Shown here in pieces: positions 24,701 to 38,212 of a DNA stretch of 64,000 nucleotides. The DNA is from Mobula hypostoma (taxonomy: Eukaryota): assembly GCF_963921235.1 (NCBI RefSeq), contig NC_086108.1, positions 27,282,001 to 27,346,000 of the forward strand. Reading direction: 5' to 3'. The notes under the pieces are model-generated. The model was not told the DNA's origin. It did no database searches and worked only from the letters and a program-made list of their open reading frames with translations. The position numbers were made by a program, and so were the translations under genes. Numbering within the stretch: position 1 is the first letter of the stretch; every line of letters begins with the position of its first letter.

Positions 24701-26240
24701 CTCCACCTACAACTATGACATCATGTACAGGCCTGGGAAGCTCAACGAGCCCTCCGATGCCCTATCCCGGGGAACATGCGCCAGCGCGCAGATCGACTGG
24801 CTATACACCCTACATGTAGACCTTTGCCACCCGGGAGTCACCCGGCTTTTCCACTTCGTGAAAGCCCAGAACCTGCCTTACTCCCTTGAGGAGATCAGGA
24901 TGATGACCAGGGACTGCCAAGTCTGCGCAGAGTGCAAACCGCACTTCTACCGACCCGAAAAGGCACCACTCATCAAGGCCACCCGCCCCTTTGAGTGACT
25001 GAGTGTTGACTTTAAGGGCCCCCTTCCCTCCACCGACTGCAATGTGTACTTTCTTAACATAATTGACGAGTACTCGCGGTTCCCCTTCGCCATCCCCTGC
25101 CCCGACACCACTACCACGTCAGTTATAAAAGCCCTGCGCAAGCTCTTCACTCTGTTCGGATACCCATGCTATATCCACAGTGACAGAGGGTCCTCGTTTA
25201 TGAGTGACGAGCTGCGCCAGTACCTACTGGCTAGGGGAATTGCAACCCAGTAGGACCACGAGCTATAATCCCCGGGGGAATGGACAGGTAGAGAAGGAGA
25301 ATACCACGGTGTGGAAAGCCACACTCTTAGCCCTCAGGTCAAAGGGACTGCTGGTCTCCCGCTGGCAGGAGGTCCTTCCCGAGGCACTCCACTCCATCCG
25401 CTCCCTGTTATGCACAGCCACCAATGCCACCCCTCATGAGCGGCTCTTTTCATTTCCCAGAAAGTCGACCACTGGGACCACCCTACCAACTTGGCTGACA
25501 TCCCTGGGGCCAGTGCTGCTCTGGAAACATGCGAGGAGCAATAAATACTCCCCGATGATCGTGAGGGTTCACTTACTTCATGCGAACCCCCAGTATGCCT
25601 ATGCAGTTTTACCTGATGGGCGGGAGGACACGGTCTCCATCCGCGACCTGGCGCCCGCAGGAGCTCCGGGCCCCTACCCTGAACACTCCGTAGTGACTAT
25701 TGACCCCGTACCCACCAATGTATGTACCTACGAGACACCGTGCACCCCAAACCCTATACAGACACCACACGACACTCCCATACCGGGCGCGACGCACACG
25801 CACGAGGGATTACCGACGCCTAACGTGCTGGTACCTGAAGTCAGGCCGGAGCCAGCACAACCGCCATCACCGGTGCAATCACCGCCAGTGCTACGTAGAT
25901 CACAGCGACGGACTCGACCGCCTGACAGACTTGACCTGTAAATATACTTCTTGTAAATATTGTCAGTCACTTCACCCCGCGGGACTCTTTTTTAAAAAAA
26001 GGAGGGGTGAATGTGGTAAACCATATATATATGTTGTAACTCGGTTACCTGTCTGGACACACCCCTCTGCTGACTGCCCCTGTGGCTCCTCCCACAGAGT
26101 CCTGTATAAAGGTGTTCGCCTTGCCCCTCCCCCTCAGTCCGGGGGCAGACAGTCACTGTGGAGGTCGTATTGTACAGAGAATAAAAGCCTTTCAGTATTT
26201 TACCAAACCTCAGTCTTTTGGAGTAATTGAAGGTGCTTCA
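21776..26240 (+). mobile_element. Near full-length Ty3/Gypsy LTR retrotransposon
   Basis: LTRs 21776-21998 and 26012-26240 (about 8 differences by eye); 5-bp TSD ATAAT; PPT 25994-26011; gag-PR-RT-RH-IN order. Confidence 0.97.
22025..25941 (+). pseudogene. Disrupted gag-pol polyprotein of the Gypsy element
   Basis: ATG 22025; stop near 22100; CSSCGKKGH/AKVC knuckle with frameshift near 22737; LFDTGS; YLDN; ESDAS; HPG..C..C; stop at 24996; VDFKGP, IDEYSR, HSDRG; frameshift near 25245. Confidence 0.93.
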
Positions 26241-28504
26241 ATAATGCTGTTTGCTTTACGGATGCAGCGTGTGGTGTATATGTCTCTAATGGTGGGAAGA
26301 GAGACCCCGATGATCTTCTCAGCTGACCTCACTATCCGTTGCAGGGTCTTGCAATCCGAGATGGTGCAATTTCCGAACCAGGCAGTGTTGCAGCTGCTCA
26401 GGATGCTCTCAGTACAACCTCTGTAGAATGTGGTGAGGATGGGGGGTGGGAGATGGACTTTCCTCAGCCTTCGCAGAAAGTAGAGACGCTGCTGGGCCTT
26501 CTTTGCTATGGAGCTGGTGTTGAGGGGCCAGGTGAGATTCTCCGCCAGGTGAACACCAAGAAATTTGGTGCTTTTAATGATCTCTACAGAGGAGTCATCG
26601 ATGTTCAGCGGAGAGTGGTCATTCTGTGTCCTCCTGAAGTCAACAACCATCTCTTTTGTTTTGTTCACATTCAGAGACAGGTTGTTAGCTCTGCACCAGT
26701 CCGTTAGCCCCTGCACCTGCTCTCTGTATGCTGATTCATCATTCTATCGTTCTTGCTGATGAGACCCACAACGGTCGTGTCATTGGCGAACTTGATGGTG
26801 TGGTTCAAGCTGTGTGTTGCAGCACAGTCGTGGGTCAGCAGAGTGAACAGCAGTGGACTGAGCACATAGCCCTGGGGGGCCCCCGTGCTCAGTGTGATGG
26901 TGTTGGAGACGCTGCTTCCAATCCGGACTGACTGGGGTCTCCCAGTCAGGAAGTCTAGGATCCAGTTGCAGAGGGAGTTGTTCAGGCCCAGTAGGCTCAG
27001 CTTTCCAATCAGTTTCTGAGGAATGATTGTGTTGAATGCTGAACTGAAGTCTATGAACAGCATTCGAACATACGTGTCTTTTTTGTCCAGGTGGTTTAGG
27101 GCCAGGTGGAGGGTGATGGCAATGGTGTCGTCTGTTGAACGGTTGGGATGGTATGCGAACTGCAGGGGGTCCAGTGAGGGGGGCAACAGGGTCTTGATGT
27201 GTCTCATGACGAGTCTCTCCCAAATGCTGTGTTGTTTAACTGGTGGACGCATTCAGGATAATTCACCTGACCTGCAATGGAAATTGGCAGGGAGGAAAAA
27301 GATCCAATTGGGTACCAATGATGTTGGATGGGAAAGGAAAGAGGGTCTGCTGAGGGAATTTGAGCAGCTAGGGACTAAATAATAACACAGAACCAAATAG
27401 GTAGTAATCTCTGAATTGTTACCTGAGTGATGTGCAAATTGGTCAGAGAGTTGGTTATATGATCAGAGAGTCAGAAGCATGGCTCAACGATTGGCAGAGA
27501 AGAAGTTGGTTTGAATTTGGGAAAGAGTTGTTCCAAAGGAATGAGCTCCACCTAAACAAAGTTGGGATCAGGTCCTAAAAATCACATAGCCAGGGCTGTG
27601 GATAGCGCTTTATATTAAATAGTTGGGGGAAGGGTGACATAACAGCTTGGAAAAGTATGGAAAGATTAGCAGGGTAAGAGAGGGCAGGAGATGTTACTGA
27701 AGTCTACAGAATAAAGAATAAGACAGGATGTTCAGAAAAACATGAATTAACTTCAGGCAACATGAGAAGAAGGGTGTTGAATACAGGACTGAAAAAGTTT
27801 TATTTGAATGCACTCACCATACAAAATAAAGTAGCTGCAGCTTATAGCACAGCTAGGAATTGACAGGTATGATATGTGGGCATCACAGAGTCATGGTTGA
27901 AAGAAGATCACAGCTGAGAGCTAAATATCTAAGGATACACATTCTATTGAAAAGACAGATATGTGGACAAAGGGAGTGGAGTAGGTTTGTTGGTAAAATA
28001 TGAAATAATGTCCTTAGAAAGAAGTTACGTAGGATCAGAGGAAATAGAATCCTTGTGGGTAGAGTTAAGAAACTGCAAGGGTAAAGACCCCCTGGTGGTA
28101 GTTATATACAGGCCACAGAATAGTGGCCAGGATGAAGGCTACAAATTCTAATGAGAGATAAAATAGGTCTATGAAAAAGGCAATGTTACAAAGGCCATGG
28201 GGGACTTCAGTATGCAAGCAGATTGGGAACATCAGGTTGGTACTGGAATCCAAGAGAATGTTTTGTAGAATGCCTACAAGATGTTTTTTTTAACAGCAGT
28301 TTGAGTTTGACCCCACTAGGGAAAAAGAAATTCTGTATTGGATGTTGTGCAATGAAACAGATTTGACTAGTGATCTTAAGGTAAAGGAGCTCTTAGGAGG
28401 CGGTGATCATAATGTCATAGAATTCACCCTGCAGTTTGAGAGGGAAAAGCTAAAATTAGATGTGGCAGCATCACAGATGAGTTAAGAATAACAAGAGGAT
28501 CAAG

Positions 28505-29245
28505 GGTTCAAAGGTTAATTCATTATCAAAGTATCCAACTCTGAAATTCTTCTTCTCTGGGTAGCCATGAAAACAAGAAAGAGAAGAAATGCAGCACAAT
28601 CATCCACCCCTAAGTACACTCTCCCTGCACAAAAAAATGGACCATGCACATCAACCCTTAAATACCTCCTCCAACACAAAAAAATAAACAAAATGGAACA
28701 GGCACATCAATCCCCAAATCCCTCTTCCTGCACAAAAATAATAAGAAAGATCAAGCAAAAAACACCAAATATAAAAAACTATAAGACTGAAAAAAAGTCT
28801 ATAATCACATCCAAAACACGTCAACCTGGGTAACAGATTTTTGGGCACAGCGGCAGATTCTCCCCTCTCTGGTAGCAGAGCAATCCCCAGTGTTCAAAAA
28901 GCAGGCAACAGGACTCACCTTACACATTTGCCTTGATGCTTCAATCTTCCTTGTCACTTTAATCAGTGGGCCAGGGAAGCTTCGATCAGTGCCCTGTCCC
29001 ACAGCCTTCCTGCCATAAGTTTGTACGCGCTGCCTTGGCCTCTCAGATTCCTCTCAGAGACTACAGAGTGTTGGAACACCCAAATGATCTCCAAGCAGCA
29101 AATCACAGGCTCCAACAGTTCCAGAAATCACATGCAGGATGAAAACCACATGCAAAAGACATAAAAGAAGTGAAATGTATAGTTTCATGATCTATCCAGA
29201 ATATGTTGACTGAGGGAGCGTTGTACTCAGGCACCATATTGATCA
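28505..29245 (-). mobile_element. Non-coding LINE-tailed element inserted in CR1
   Basis: Minus strand starts caatatggtgcc and ends gataatgaattaacctttgaacccttga; interrupts CR1 ORF2. Confidence 0.55.
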
Positions 29246-30206
29246 GAACTACAGAGGCATGACAGAGAAGCTGACCAAAGTTGGCTGAAACGGGATACTA
29301 TCGGGGATGATGGTAGTTTCTGAGAGTCATTTGGAAGATGTAGGGTAAGTTCATCCCAAAGAAGAAGCAGCATTCTAAAGGGAGGATGAGGCAATCGTGA
29401 TTGACAAAGGAAATCAAGGACAGCATAAATGCAAAAGAAAGGGCATGGGATTTAGAAAAATTAGCAGGAAGCTAGAGGATTAGGGACCTTTTGAAAAACA
29501 ACAGAAGGCAACTAAAAAAAAAACAAATTGGAAAGAAAAGATGAAATATTAAGATAAGCTAGCCAATAATATGAAAGGGGATGCCAGAACTATTTTTAGA
29601 TATATGAAGAAAGAAAGAGATTCAAAAGTAGACAACTAACTGCTGGAAAATAATGCTGGAGAGGCAGTAATGAAGAACAAAGAAATGATGGATAAACTGA
29701 CTTTTGCATTAACAGTTTACATCAGTCTTCACTGTGAAAGACATCAGCAATATGCAGAAATTTGAAAGAATCGGGGCGCAAAAATGGGGGTAGTCTCTAT
29801 TACTAAGGAGAAGATGCTTGGAAGTTGCGAGGTCTGAAGATGGATTAGGTACCTGGACCAGATGGATGGCACTCCGAGGCTCTGAAAGAAGTAGCTGATG
29901 AGATTGTGGAATGCATTAATAGTGATCTTATTAAGAATCACTAGATTTTAAAATAGTTGTGAAGGATTGAAAAACCTAACATTACTCCACTCTTTAAGAA
30001 GGAGAGAGGCAAAAGACAGGAAATTATAAGCCAGTTACCCTGATTTCAGTAGTTGGCATGATATTCGACCCTATTATTAAGGATGAGGATTTGGGGTACT
30101 TATAGGCACATGGTATAATAAGTCAAAGTCAGCATGGTTTCCTAAAGGGAAAATATTGTTTGACAAATCTGTTGGAATTCTTTAAGGAAATGATAGGCAG
30201 GATATA

Positions 30207-31751
30207 CAAGGGCCTACAAGAAGTATTCACTCCTGCCTGAAAGCTTTGATGTTTATTGTTTTATAACATTGAATCACAGAGGATTTAATTTGGCTTTTTT
30301 TTTACACTGAGCAACAGAAAAAGACTCTTTTGTGTTAAAGTGAAAACAGATCTCTACAAGGTGAACTAAATTAATTAGAAATCTAAACCACAAAATAATC
30401 GTTTGCGTAAGTATTCACCCTCTTCAAGTCAGTATTTGGTAGATGCACCTTTGGCAGCAATTACAGCCTTGAATCTGTGTGGACTCTATCAGCTTTGCAA
30501 ATCTGGATACAGCAACTTCTCCCCATTCTTTTCTAAATTACTCAAAGTTCATCAGATTGCATGGAGATTGTGAGTACACAGCCCTTTGCAAGTCCAGCCA
30601 CAAATTCTCAGTTGGACTGAGGTCCAGACTTTGACTTGGCCACTCCAGGACATTAACTTTGTTGTTTTTAAGCTTTTTCTGTGTAGCTTTGGTTTTAAGA
30701 TTGGGCTTATTGTCTTGCTGGAAAATAAATCTTCTCCCAAGTCTCAATTCTCTTGCAGACTGCATCATCAGAAATCCTCCAGGATTTCCTTGTTTCTCTG
30801 CATTCATTTTACCCTCTACCATTACAAGCCTTCCAGGGTCTTCTGCAATGAAGCATCCCCACAGCATGATGCAGCCACCACCATGCTTCATGGTAGGGAT
30901 GGTATGTTTTTCATGATGTGCGGTGTTTGGCTTACACCAAACTTACTGTTTAGTCGGATGTCCAAAAGGCTCAGTTTTGGTTTCATCAGGCCATAGAACC
31001 TTCTTCCAGCTGACTTCAGAGTCTCCCACATACCTTCTGGCAAATTCTAGCTGAGATTTCACGTGAGTTTTTTTCAACAGTGCCTTTCTCTTTGCCACTC
31101 TCCCATAAGCTGCAACTGGTAAAGCACCTGGGCAACAGTTGTATGTGCAGTTTCTCCCATCTCAGCTATTGAAGCTTGTAACTCCTTTGAAACTGTCATA
31201 GGTCTCTTGGTGGCCTCCCTTACTAGTCCCCTTCTTGCAAGGTCACTCAGTTTTTTGTGGATGGCCTGCTCTGGACAGATTTACGGCAGTGCCGTATTCT
31301 TTCCATTTATTGATGACTAACTTAACTGTACTCCAAATGATATTCAATGACTTGGAAACTTTCTTGTTTTCACCTCCTGACTTGTGCTTTTCAATAACCT
31401 TTTCACAGAGCTGCTTGGAGTGTTCTTTTGTCTTCATAGCATAGATTTGCCAGGACACTGACTCACCAGCAGTTGGACCTACCAGATTCTGGTGTCAATA
31501 CAATCAATTGAAACACTTGACTGCATACGTTGTTCTCCATTTAACTAACTATGTGACTTCTAAAACCAATTGGTTGCACCACTGATGATTTGGTGTGTCT
31601 TATTAAAGAGGAGGGTGAATACTTATGCAATCAATTATTTTGTGTTTTATACCTGGAATTAATTTAGATCACTTTGTAGAGATCTGTTTTCACTTTGACA
31701 CAAAAGAGCCTTTTCTGTTGATCAGTGTAAAAAAAAGCCAAATTAAATCTA
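30207..31751 (-). mobile_element. Tc1-like DNA transposon (IR/DR type) with decayed transposase
   Basis: TA site; long inverted repeats about 30207-30425 and 31612-31751 (outer part lost); MKTKEHSKQL, KHGGGCIMLWGCF, FQQDN, WPSQSLDLSPTENLW. Confidence 0.92.
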
Positions 31752-32835
31752 CTAGCCAGAGGGTAGTGAATCTGTGGAACTCATTGCTCCACCAGCTGTG
31801 GTGGCAAAGTCATTCAGTCAGAGATTGATAGGTTCTTGGTTAGTCAGGGCTTCAAAGGTTATGTGAAGTTGAGAGGGAAAATAAATCAGGAATGATTGAA
31901 TGGTGGAGCAGACTTGATGGACAAAATGGCCTAATTCTACTCTTATGTCTTACGGTCTGATGGAACTATTCGCTAGTTGGATACCACAGGAATTGGTGCT
32001 TGAATTCCAGGAATTCATGATCCATCAATAGACCCAAACAGTGCTTTTTACTGACAAAATGGACAATAGAACAAAAACAGCACCAATTGTCGAGTTAAGT
32101 ATGACAGCTTTGTCAGATGATAAAATTGTAACATAGCTTACAACTGCAACGCTAAACCTATTTCTGAATTCCTTAATTATTTTTCTAAATGATTGTAGTA
32201 TCTACTCAGCTGGTGTTTATGGAAGGCTTTAAGTAGGCTAACTCATTTCTAAAGGACAAGTTGACTAATACTTTCAATCAATGGCACCTGCAGAGTTTAA
32301 ACAACTGACCAATCTGTTACAGCCCAAGTTGTTGTTACTTATTGAAATTCCCTCATACTTGATTCTTGCACTGTACATAATGTCTTCATTTTTGCTTCAA
32401 GAGTGACTAGGAATGAAGTGCTTAAACCCTGAGGCATTTGGCTTTTACATGTATTTCCTTTCTGTATCCTCTGCTGGGTTTCATATCCTCATCTTCACAC
32501 CTTCTGCTCTTCAGGTAGTGATGTCATGATGTCATATCTAGTATTATGGTGGTGTGTTTGTATGCAGCACCTTCTACTGGGCCAACTAAAGGAGTTACTA
32601 TCATTTTTTAAACATTTTTTTTATGATCACAAGAACTTGCTGGACATTAATAACTTAAATTACTGTAAGTCTACCCCATGATATATGGAGTACAGGGAGA
32701 TGACACTGAAGTAGAAGTTTAAATGACAAGGTGAAAAAAAGTGTCAAATTTTTGTGAATTACTCCCACACACAACAGATGGAGCATTGTGGAAACTGACA
32801 ACTTTTCCAAAATGGTGTGAGGTGAATGTGGTTAC

Positions 32836-33172
32836 CTAACTGTATGATACAAAAACAACATTTAAGTCTCTCAAAATATTTAGGTTTTGATTTGCTAATG
32901 CAGATATAGAAGTATCTGTTGTGTCTTTTTCCTTGCTGTTAACAGTTGAACAGAGAAAAAACAATCAGTATCTGAGCCTGTTCTTTCATTTCTTCTCCTC
33001 TTTGGAGGTGTGTCCAGATTGAGGGTGACCTGCTTCAAGCCCATTCTATTTCCAACGTATTTTAATTTGAACCGATAAGGACAATGTAGGAGTAGCACAG
33101 TCTCCTGCATGTAGAACCAGTCTCTGTGCCCAATTGGCATGATGACAGGCTGGGAAAGGGAATAATACATTC
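32836..33172 (-). pseudogene. Exon: end of ZP-N, linker and start of ZP-C, unit 2
   Basis: ETVLLLHCPYRFKL (ZP-N C-x-Y end)...DCFFSVQLLTA (IHP-like)...MLFLYHTV AG|gtaacc; phase 2 matches the next exon. Confidence 0.55.
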
Positions 33173-33662
33173 CTGTCATGGTTACTGTCTTCATGATGAA
33201 ATTCAAGTTTCTAATTTTCTTCTTCATTTTATGTGGCTATGGGCCAGCGATTCCCATGAACTGGTGGGCCTGCTGCATATTTTCAAGGATGCTTTGAGAA
33301 CATCCTTGAATCATTTTCTCTTCACACCTAGTGATCTCTTGCGGTGACAGCACTTGCTTTGGGAACCTTGTAACAGACATGGGCTGCCTTTTGGATGTCA
33401 ATTACAAATGGTGATGTTGGTCTAGGTAAGGATTTACCGATATTAGTGTGCTTAATTTAATGACAAATTCGAAGAATTTTGTGGAACACAGCATTGATGC
33501 TACTTCACTGTGGCTTTTAGTTGCCTGGTGTAGTTGTCCATATCTCTGAAGTGCTGAGTTGCCACAGACACCAGAGATTTCAGATCCAAATCTTCACATT
33601 TTGTGCTCTTCAGGTGTCAAAGGTTGCGATATTAATCTGAAATGAAGCCATGATGTCATGTC

Positions 33663-34439
33663 CGGTAAGATTGTGGTGCACTCAGACACAACGGCTTCAC
33701 ATACGCCAACCAAAGATGTTATTGCCTTTTTTAAACACATTGTTCATGATTGCAAGACGTTGTTGGACATTATGAACATAAGTACTGCTGGTCTTTCCCA
33801 ACAACAACTTGCTTGTTAACAGAGAAACTGAAGGAGCTGGACGGTGTGGATCATGCTACTGTGTGAATCAGAGAGGCATCAGGGCAGTCGGTGTGTGAAG
33901 GTGATGTACAGTCTAGCAGCAAGTGATCATTTTAGCTGCTTTTATTGTGATTGTAAGACCCTGTTGGATGTTGTTAATGCGGAATCCTGCAAGTTCGATG
34001 CACTGATGCATTGGCGGAAGGTGAAGGAGCTGTGTGGCCTTTGTCATGGCAAGGACTAGGCCTCAAGCCGAGGTGTTAATGTTTACAGCCTCCCAGGAGA
34101 GAGGCATTTGAGTCAGTGCGCTCAACCAGAGTGTGGCACGGCATCCAAGCTTGAATTGGTGCTGCCCCCCAGTGTTTGCTCAGCAGAAGACAAGCCACAT
34201 TGTGTTCAACTGCAAATTGCTGCAACACTCATGGACACATAGGCTATTTTTCTCTGTGTGACCATATTTTACTGATATCTTGTATGTACTTTCTATCTTA
34301 TATGTGCTATGTCTACCTTGTACCGTGTATGACTGTTGGTACTGTGTTTTGTACCTTGGCCCTGGAGCAACGCTGTTTTGTTTGGCTGTCTTCATGGGTG
34401 TTCATGTATGGTTGAATGACAATTAAACTTGAACTTGAA
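33663..34439 (+). mobile_element. Non-coding LINE-tailed element
   Basis: Starts ggtaagattgtggtgc; ends gaatgacaattaaacttgaacttgaa. Confidence 0.5.
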
Positions 34440-34659
34440 TGATGGAAGTTTTCATCATCAGCTCAGATTGCATGACAGGGGCACAATTTCTTCCACAGTT
34501 TATTACATCTTCTCTTAGCTCCATTTTCTTTCATAATTTTGCTTAATAAAAATCCATCAAGCTTTGTTTTGAGATGTTAAAATCAATAAAACCATCAGAG
34601 CACTTTGTAGGACAAAATTCCCAAATTATTTTGAGTCATATAACATAAACAAAGGTAGT

Positions 34660-35070
34660 GGGGGTAGTGGTTCCATATGTCACTATTACAGGGTGTGACG
34701 ACCCTGCCTTACATGAGTCCCGGGCTCAGCTGGCTCTGGCTGACAGTACCCGGTATGGGCCCCTATCCAGGGTTACGGATCCCACTGCCTTGCCAGTATC
34801 TTTGGGAGAACAGAAGGCTTAGGAGTAAACCCTACACAAATCCGGAGTGGAGCCCCTAAGGTGGTTGGATGACGTATCACGTCACCTCCCGGCAGCTCCT
34901 GCAGCCAAGCTGATGCCAAATGTACTGCTTTGCATTCCTTTGGACCACATCCGTGAGGCCAAGAGGGGGATCTTGATGTCTGGGCAGCCCAGGATCTCCA
35001 TATTCATTGTCCAGGTCTGTGCCCTGGAACCAGGTGCATCCATTGTCTACTTAGACAGACGGAGCCACTA
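34660..35070 (+). mobile_element. RTE-like retroposon remnant
   Basis: Homologous to 19690-19980. Confidence 0.5.
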
Positions 35071-35392
35071 ATTAATTAATGATAACATAGACACAGACCA
35101 TTCAATACATAATGCCACTGAGCAAGGGCACCAATCCACATTAATCCGATTTTCCAGCATTTAGTCCATAGTGCAGGCCATTCACGTGGTCTAGAGACAC
35201 GAAACACTTACAATGGTTCTGCATTCATTACCACACTCCAGCACTGCATTTCAGGCACTCAGCATTCTCTGGGTGAAGAAGGTCCTCCTCAGATCTCTTA
35301 TTCTTGACCTTATTCATTATTTCTGTGTATAAATAATTTCTGTTATTGTTTCAGAAATTTTCTGAAACTCTCCTGCTTTGTTATAGACTCAC

Positions 35393-35665
35393 AGGTATTT
35401 GTATCTGTCTTTGGAAGATTTAAGTTGCAGTCTGGTCATTAAAAAGGAAAGACTCTTTGTGATATCAGTACTTTGTGCCACTGCTATTACCACTGGAAAC
35501 TTTCCTCTGGAGATTCTTGTTCACATTCCAGCCAAAGTGTGGAACGTCACCACACAATTTCCCAATATTTCATCAAGGTGTTCAACGTAACAATGGTTTC
35601 ATCAGATTTATAATGCAACAAAGTTTCCTCGCAATAAATAAATCAAAAATATCTTATCTTGATCT
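35393..35665 (-). pseudogene. Exon: ZP-N first half, unit 2
   Basis: ttccag|AG...|gtgagt; DKIFLIYLL...NHCYVEHLDEILGNCVVTFHTLAGM*T; several stops. Confidence 0.5.
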
Positions 35666-35874
35666 CTGGAACTTTAGATTATTAGTGATTTTGTGCTCCT
35701 ATCAATGCAGAAAATCGGCACACGAGTTGAGGCATCTTTAGACTTTTTAACTCGATGTGATACAATCTTGCTGAAGTCCATTTTCTTCCCAGTTTTTATT
35801 TAGCTGGTTATTAGGTCACCTCCTCAGCCTGTATTTGTTATGTGGCATATTTTGATAAATGGAGTAGCTTAACA

Positions 35875-36535
35875 ATTCAAAGTTCAAAGTAAACATATTA
35901 TCAACGTACAAGTATGTCACCATATCCAGTCCTGATATTTGTTTTCTTGCAGGCATTCACAGTAAATCCAAGAAACACAATAGAAAGACTGCACCCAACA
36001 GGACGGTCAAACAACCAATGTGCAAAAAACAACATATTGTGCAAATGCAAAAAGAAAGAAAAAAAATTGATAATAATAACTAACAAATAAATGTGCAATA
36101 TATATTAAGAACATGAGGTGAAGAGTTCTTAAAAGTGAGTCCATAGGTTGTGGGAACAGTTCAGTAATGAGGCAAGTATAGTTGAGTGAAGTTATCCCCT
36201 CTGGTTCAACAGCCTCATGGCTGAGGGGCAGTTACTATTTCTGAACCTGGTGTTATGGGTCCTGAAGCTCTTGTACCTTCTGGCAACAAAAAGAAGAGAG
36301 CATGGCCTGCATTGTAGGGTCCTCAATGATGGATGCTGCTTTCCTGTAACAGCACTCCGATTAGATGTGCTCCATTGTTGGGAGGGCTCTACCAGTGTTG
36401 GATTGGGCTGTATCCACTACTTTTTCTAGTCATTTCCATTCAAGGGCACTGGGGCTTCTATACGAGGCCATAATGCAGTCAGTCAATTGACACTCTACTG
36501 CAGATTTACAGAAGCTTGTCAATTTTTAGATAACT
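35875..36535 (-). mobile_element. Rex/Babar-type LINE 3' fragment
   Basis: (ttcaaag)n tail; decayed KAASIIEDP and RTHNTRFRNS motifs on the minus strand. Confidence 0.75.
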
Positions 36536-36860
36536 TGTTTCCTTTATGAGGCAAACACAGCCAAATGGGCTAACATCAATATACAGCAACACAAAAAGTG
36601 TTTAATATGCTCAGTGGGTCAAGCAGGATCTATGGGGGCATCTGGGGTCTCCTGTGTCTCCAATTAACTTAAATAGGCATCTTGTTTAGTATGAGTATAT
36701 GATTATTCATAGTTGGTCACGAGGAAATTGGGGAGACCTTCCTACTTTGGAAAACAAGGCAATTGGTGGAATAACCTAGGTGGATTTTAGAGGAAGGCAG
36801 AGGAAGAAAGAGATAGATTCTTGTCTATCTCTTATTATGTGCCAACACTTGTTGAGCTGC

Positions 36861-37052
36861 AAACATGAGGAAATCTGCAGATGCTGGAAATTCAAGCAAC
36901 ACACACAAAAAATGCTGGTAAATGCAACAGGCCAGGCAGCATCTACAGGAAGCGGTACAGTCGATATTTCGGGCCGAGTGGAAACGTCGACTGTACCTCT
37001 TCCTATAGATGCTGCCTGGCCTGCTGTGTTCACCAGCATTTTTTGTGTGCGT
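36861..37052. mobile_element. Inverted pair of Penelope-like ends (hairpin) with 12-bp TSD
   Basis: Arms about 36899-36970 and 36981-37053; flanked by ttgttgagctgc / ttgttgagcagc. Confidence 0.75.
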
Positions 37053-38033
37053 TTGTTGAGCAGCTTAAGTTTTAAGTTTCAAGCAGCCTGCTGCGGGCAC
37101 TTGCTCAAAGTAGATGCAACTGCAAAGTAATTTCTCTGTTGGAAGGCAAGAGTTCTGGTAGTTTTATTTAACTCACTGCAAGGTTCCAAATTAATCTCGG
37201 CATGAGATTGATATTGTTTTCTGTAGAGGAAAAGTTGGCATACACACAAACAAGTTTGAAAATTATTGTATTTCTTACTCTGGGTTTACTTGGTCTTTCT
37301 GAAATGAAATTTCATTAGAACCTAAGACATAGAAATAAAACTGTGTTTACACTCCATCTGGATTTGTTAGTTAACATTAAAAATTCTCCATTAAGCTTTA
37401 ATGAATCATTTATATGCAACGAACAAATGGAGATTGTCGGTTTTATCCCTTTGCCGATTTGATTAGTGGTAGTGAAATATTGAATGGAGGATCAGCCACT
37501 CACTGTTGCTGCATATATTTCAATGATTAGATATTTGTTCTCACCACAGAGTTAGCTTTGAGAACCTGAGCATTGAATCAGCTGCAGTGAGCAAAGGCAT
37601 AATGGTCAAGATGGTTTGAGGTCTTTCAAAATCAAGTTCAAAGTTGTTCAGTAAATATCATATGGGATACTTCCAACTGTTAGAAGCTCAGAAAGAATTC
37701 TTCATTTTTCCAGATCAATAAAGTCATTAGGATGCATTGAGCATTCATCCTAAATAATGGGCTCCATCTTGCTAACACTGAGCCTAAAATAGGGAAAAGC
37801 CTCCCACATGGGACATCCGCATCTGTGCCTATCCCGTCCAGATGCAGAAATCTAACTTGCTAGCTCTCTGCATGTTCATTTTGGCAAGGGAACCATCTGT
37901 TGTACATGAGTATATACTTGTAATAAAGACTAAATCATAAAATCAACTAATAATTGGCACGTATTGGAAACTTTGAAGTTAATAATCATTTTAATAAGGC
38001 ATTGCCTTTTGCGTCTTAAAACTCTGCTCTTAC

Positions 38034-38212
38034 GAAAACAGTAGGGTCTTAAATCTAGTGATGATTGAAAAAGGATATAGGGCTCCACTAACAGAAAATG
38101 ACAGTTTGATCCTTCAACAAGTCCTAAGCATCCACATTTCCCGGTGTGTGTAAGAAAGTCAGAGACATGGTCCCACTTAAATGACTGAACACTGTCCGCT
38201 GCCATCACTCTG
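38034..38212 (-). pseudogene. Exon: EGF-like domain and first Cys of ZP-N, unit 2
   Basis: CGCLGLVEGSNC fits the EGF C-x-C-x5-G-x2-C signature; ends LDLRPYCF|gtaaga. Confidence 0.65.

Larger units (their letters stand above)
21383..27225 (-). mobile_element. Rex/Babar-type LINE (21383-21775 and 26241-27225), 5'-truncated, split by Gypsy
   Basis: [57 protein letters not shown]; (TGACT)n tail. Confidence 0.92.
21080..31962 (+). mobile_element. Old long CR1 LINE in pieces (about 21080-21380, 27226-28500, 29250-30206, 31752-31962) hosting nested insertions
   Basis: ORF1 esterase-like CCL.G...GTNDVG; endonuclease YLNA, GITESWL, YRPQ, GDF, GDHN; RT PGPDG, NYKPVTL, SQHGF; 3' QRVVNLWNSL and tail. 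Confidence 0.8.

Noticed and set aside
25700..26230. 176-aa ORF as an env-like third gene
   Set aside because: It is an alternative frame of the integrase tail running through the 3' LTR, with no signal peptide or TM.
32420..32590. Extra exon of the ZP pseudogene
   Set aside because: An acceptor is present but no recognisable motif, and the flanking exons already join in phase without it.
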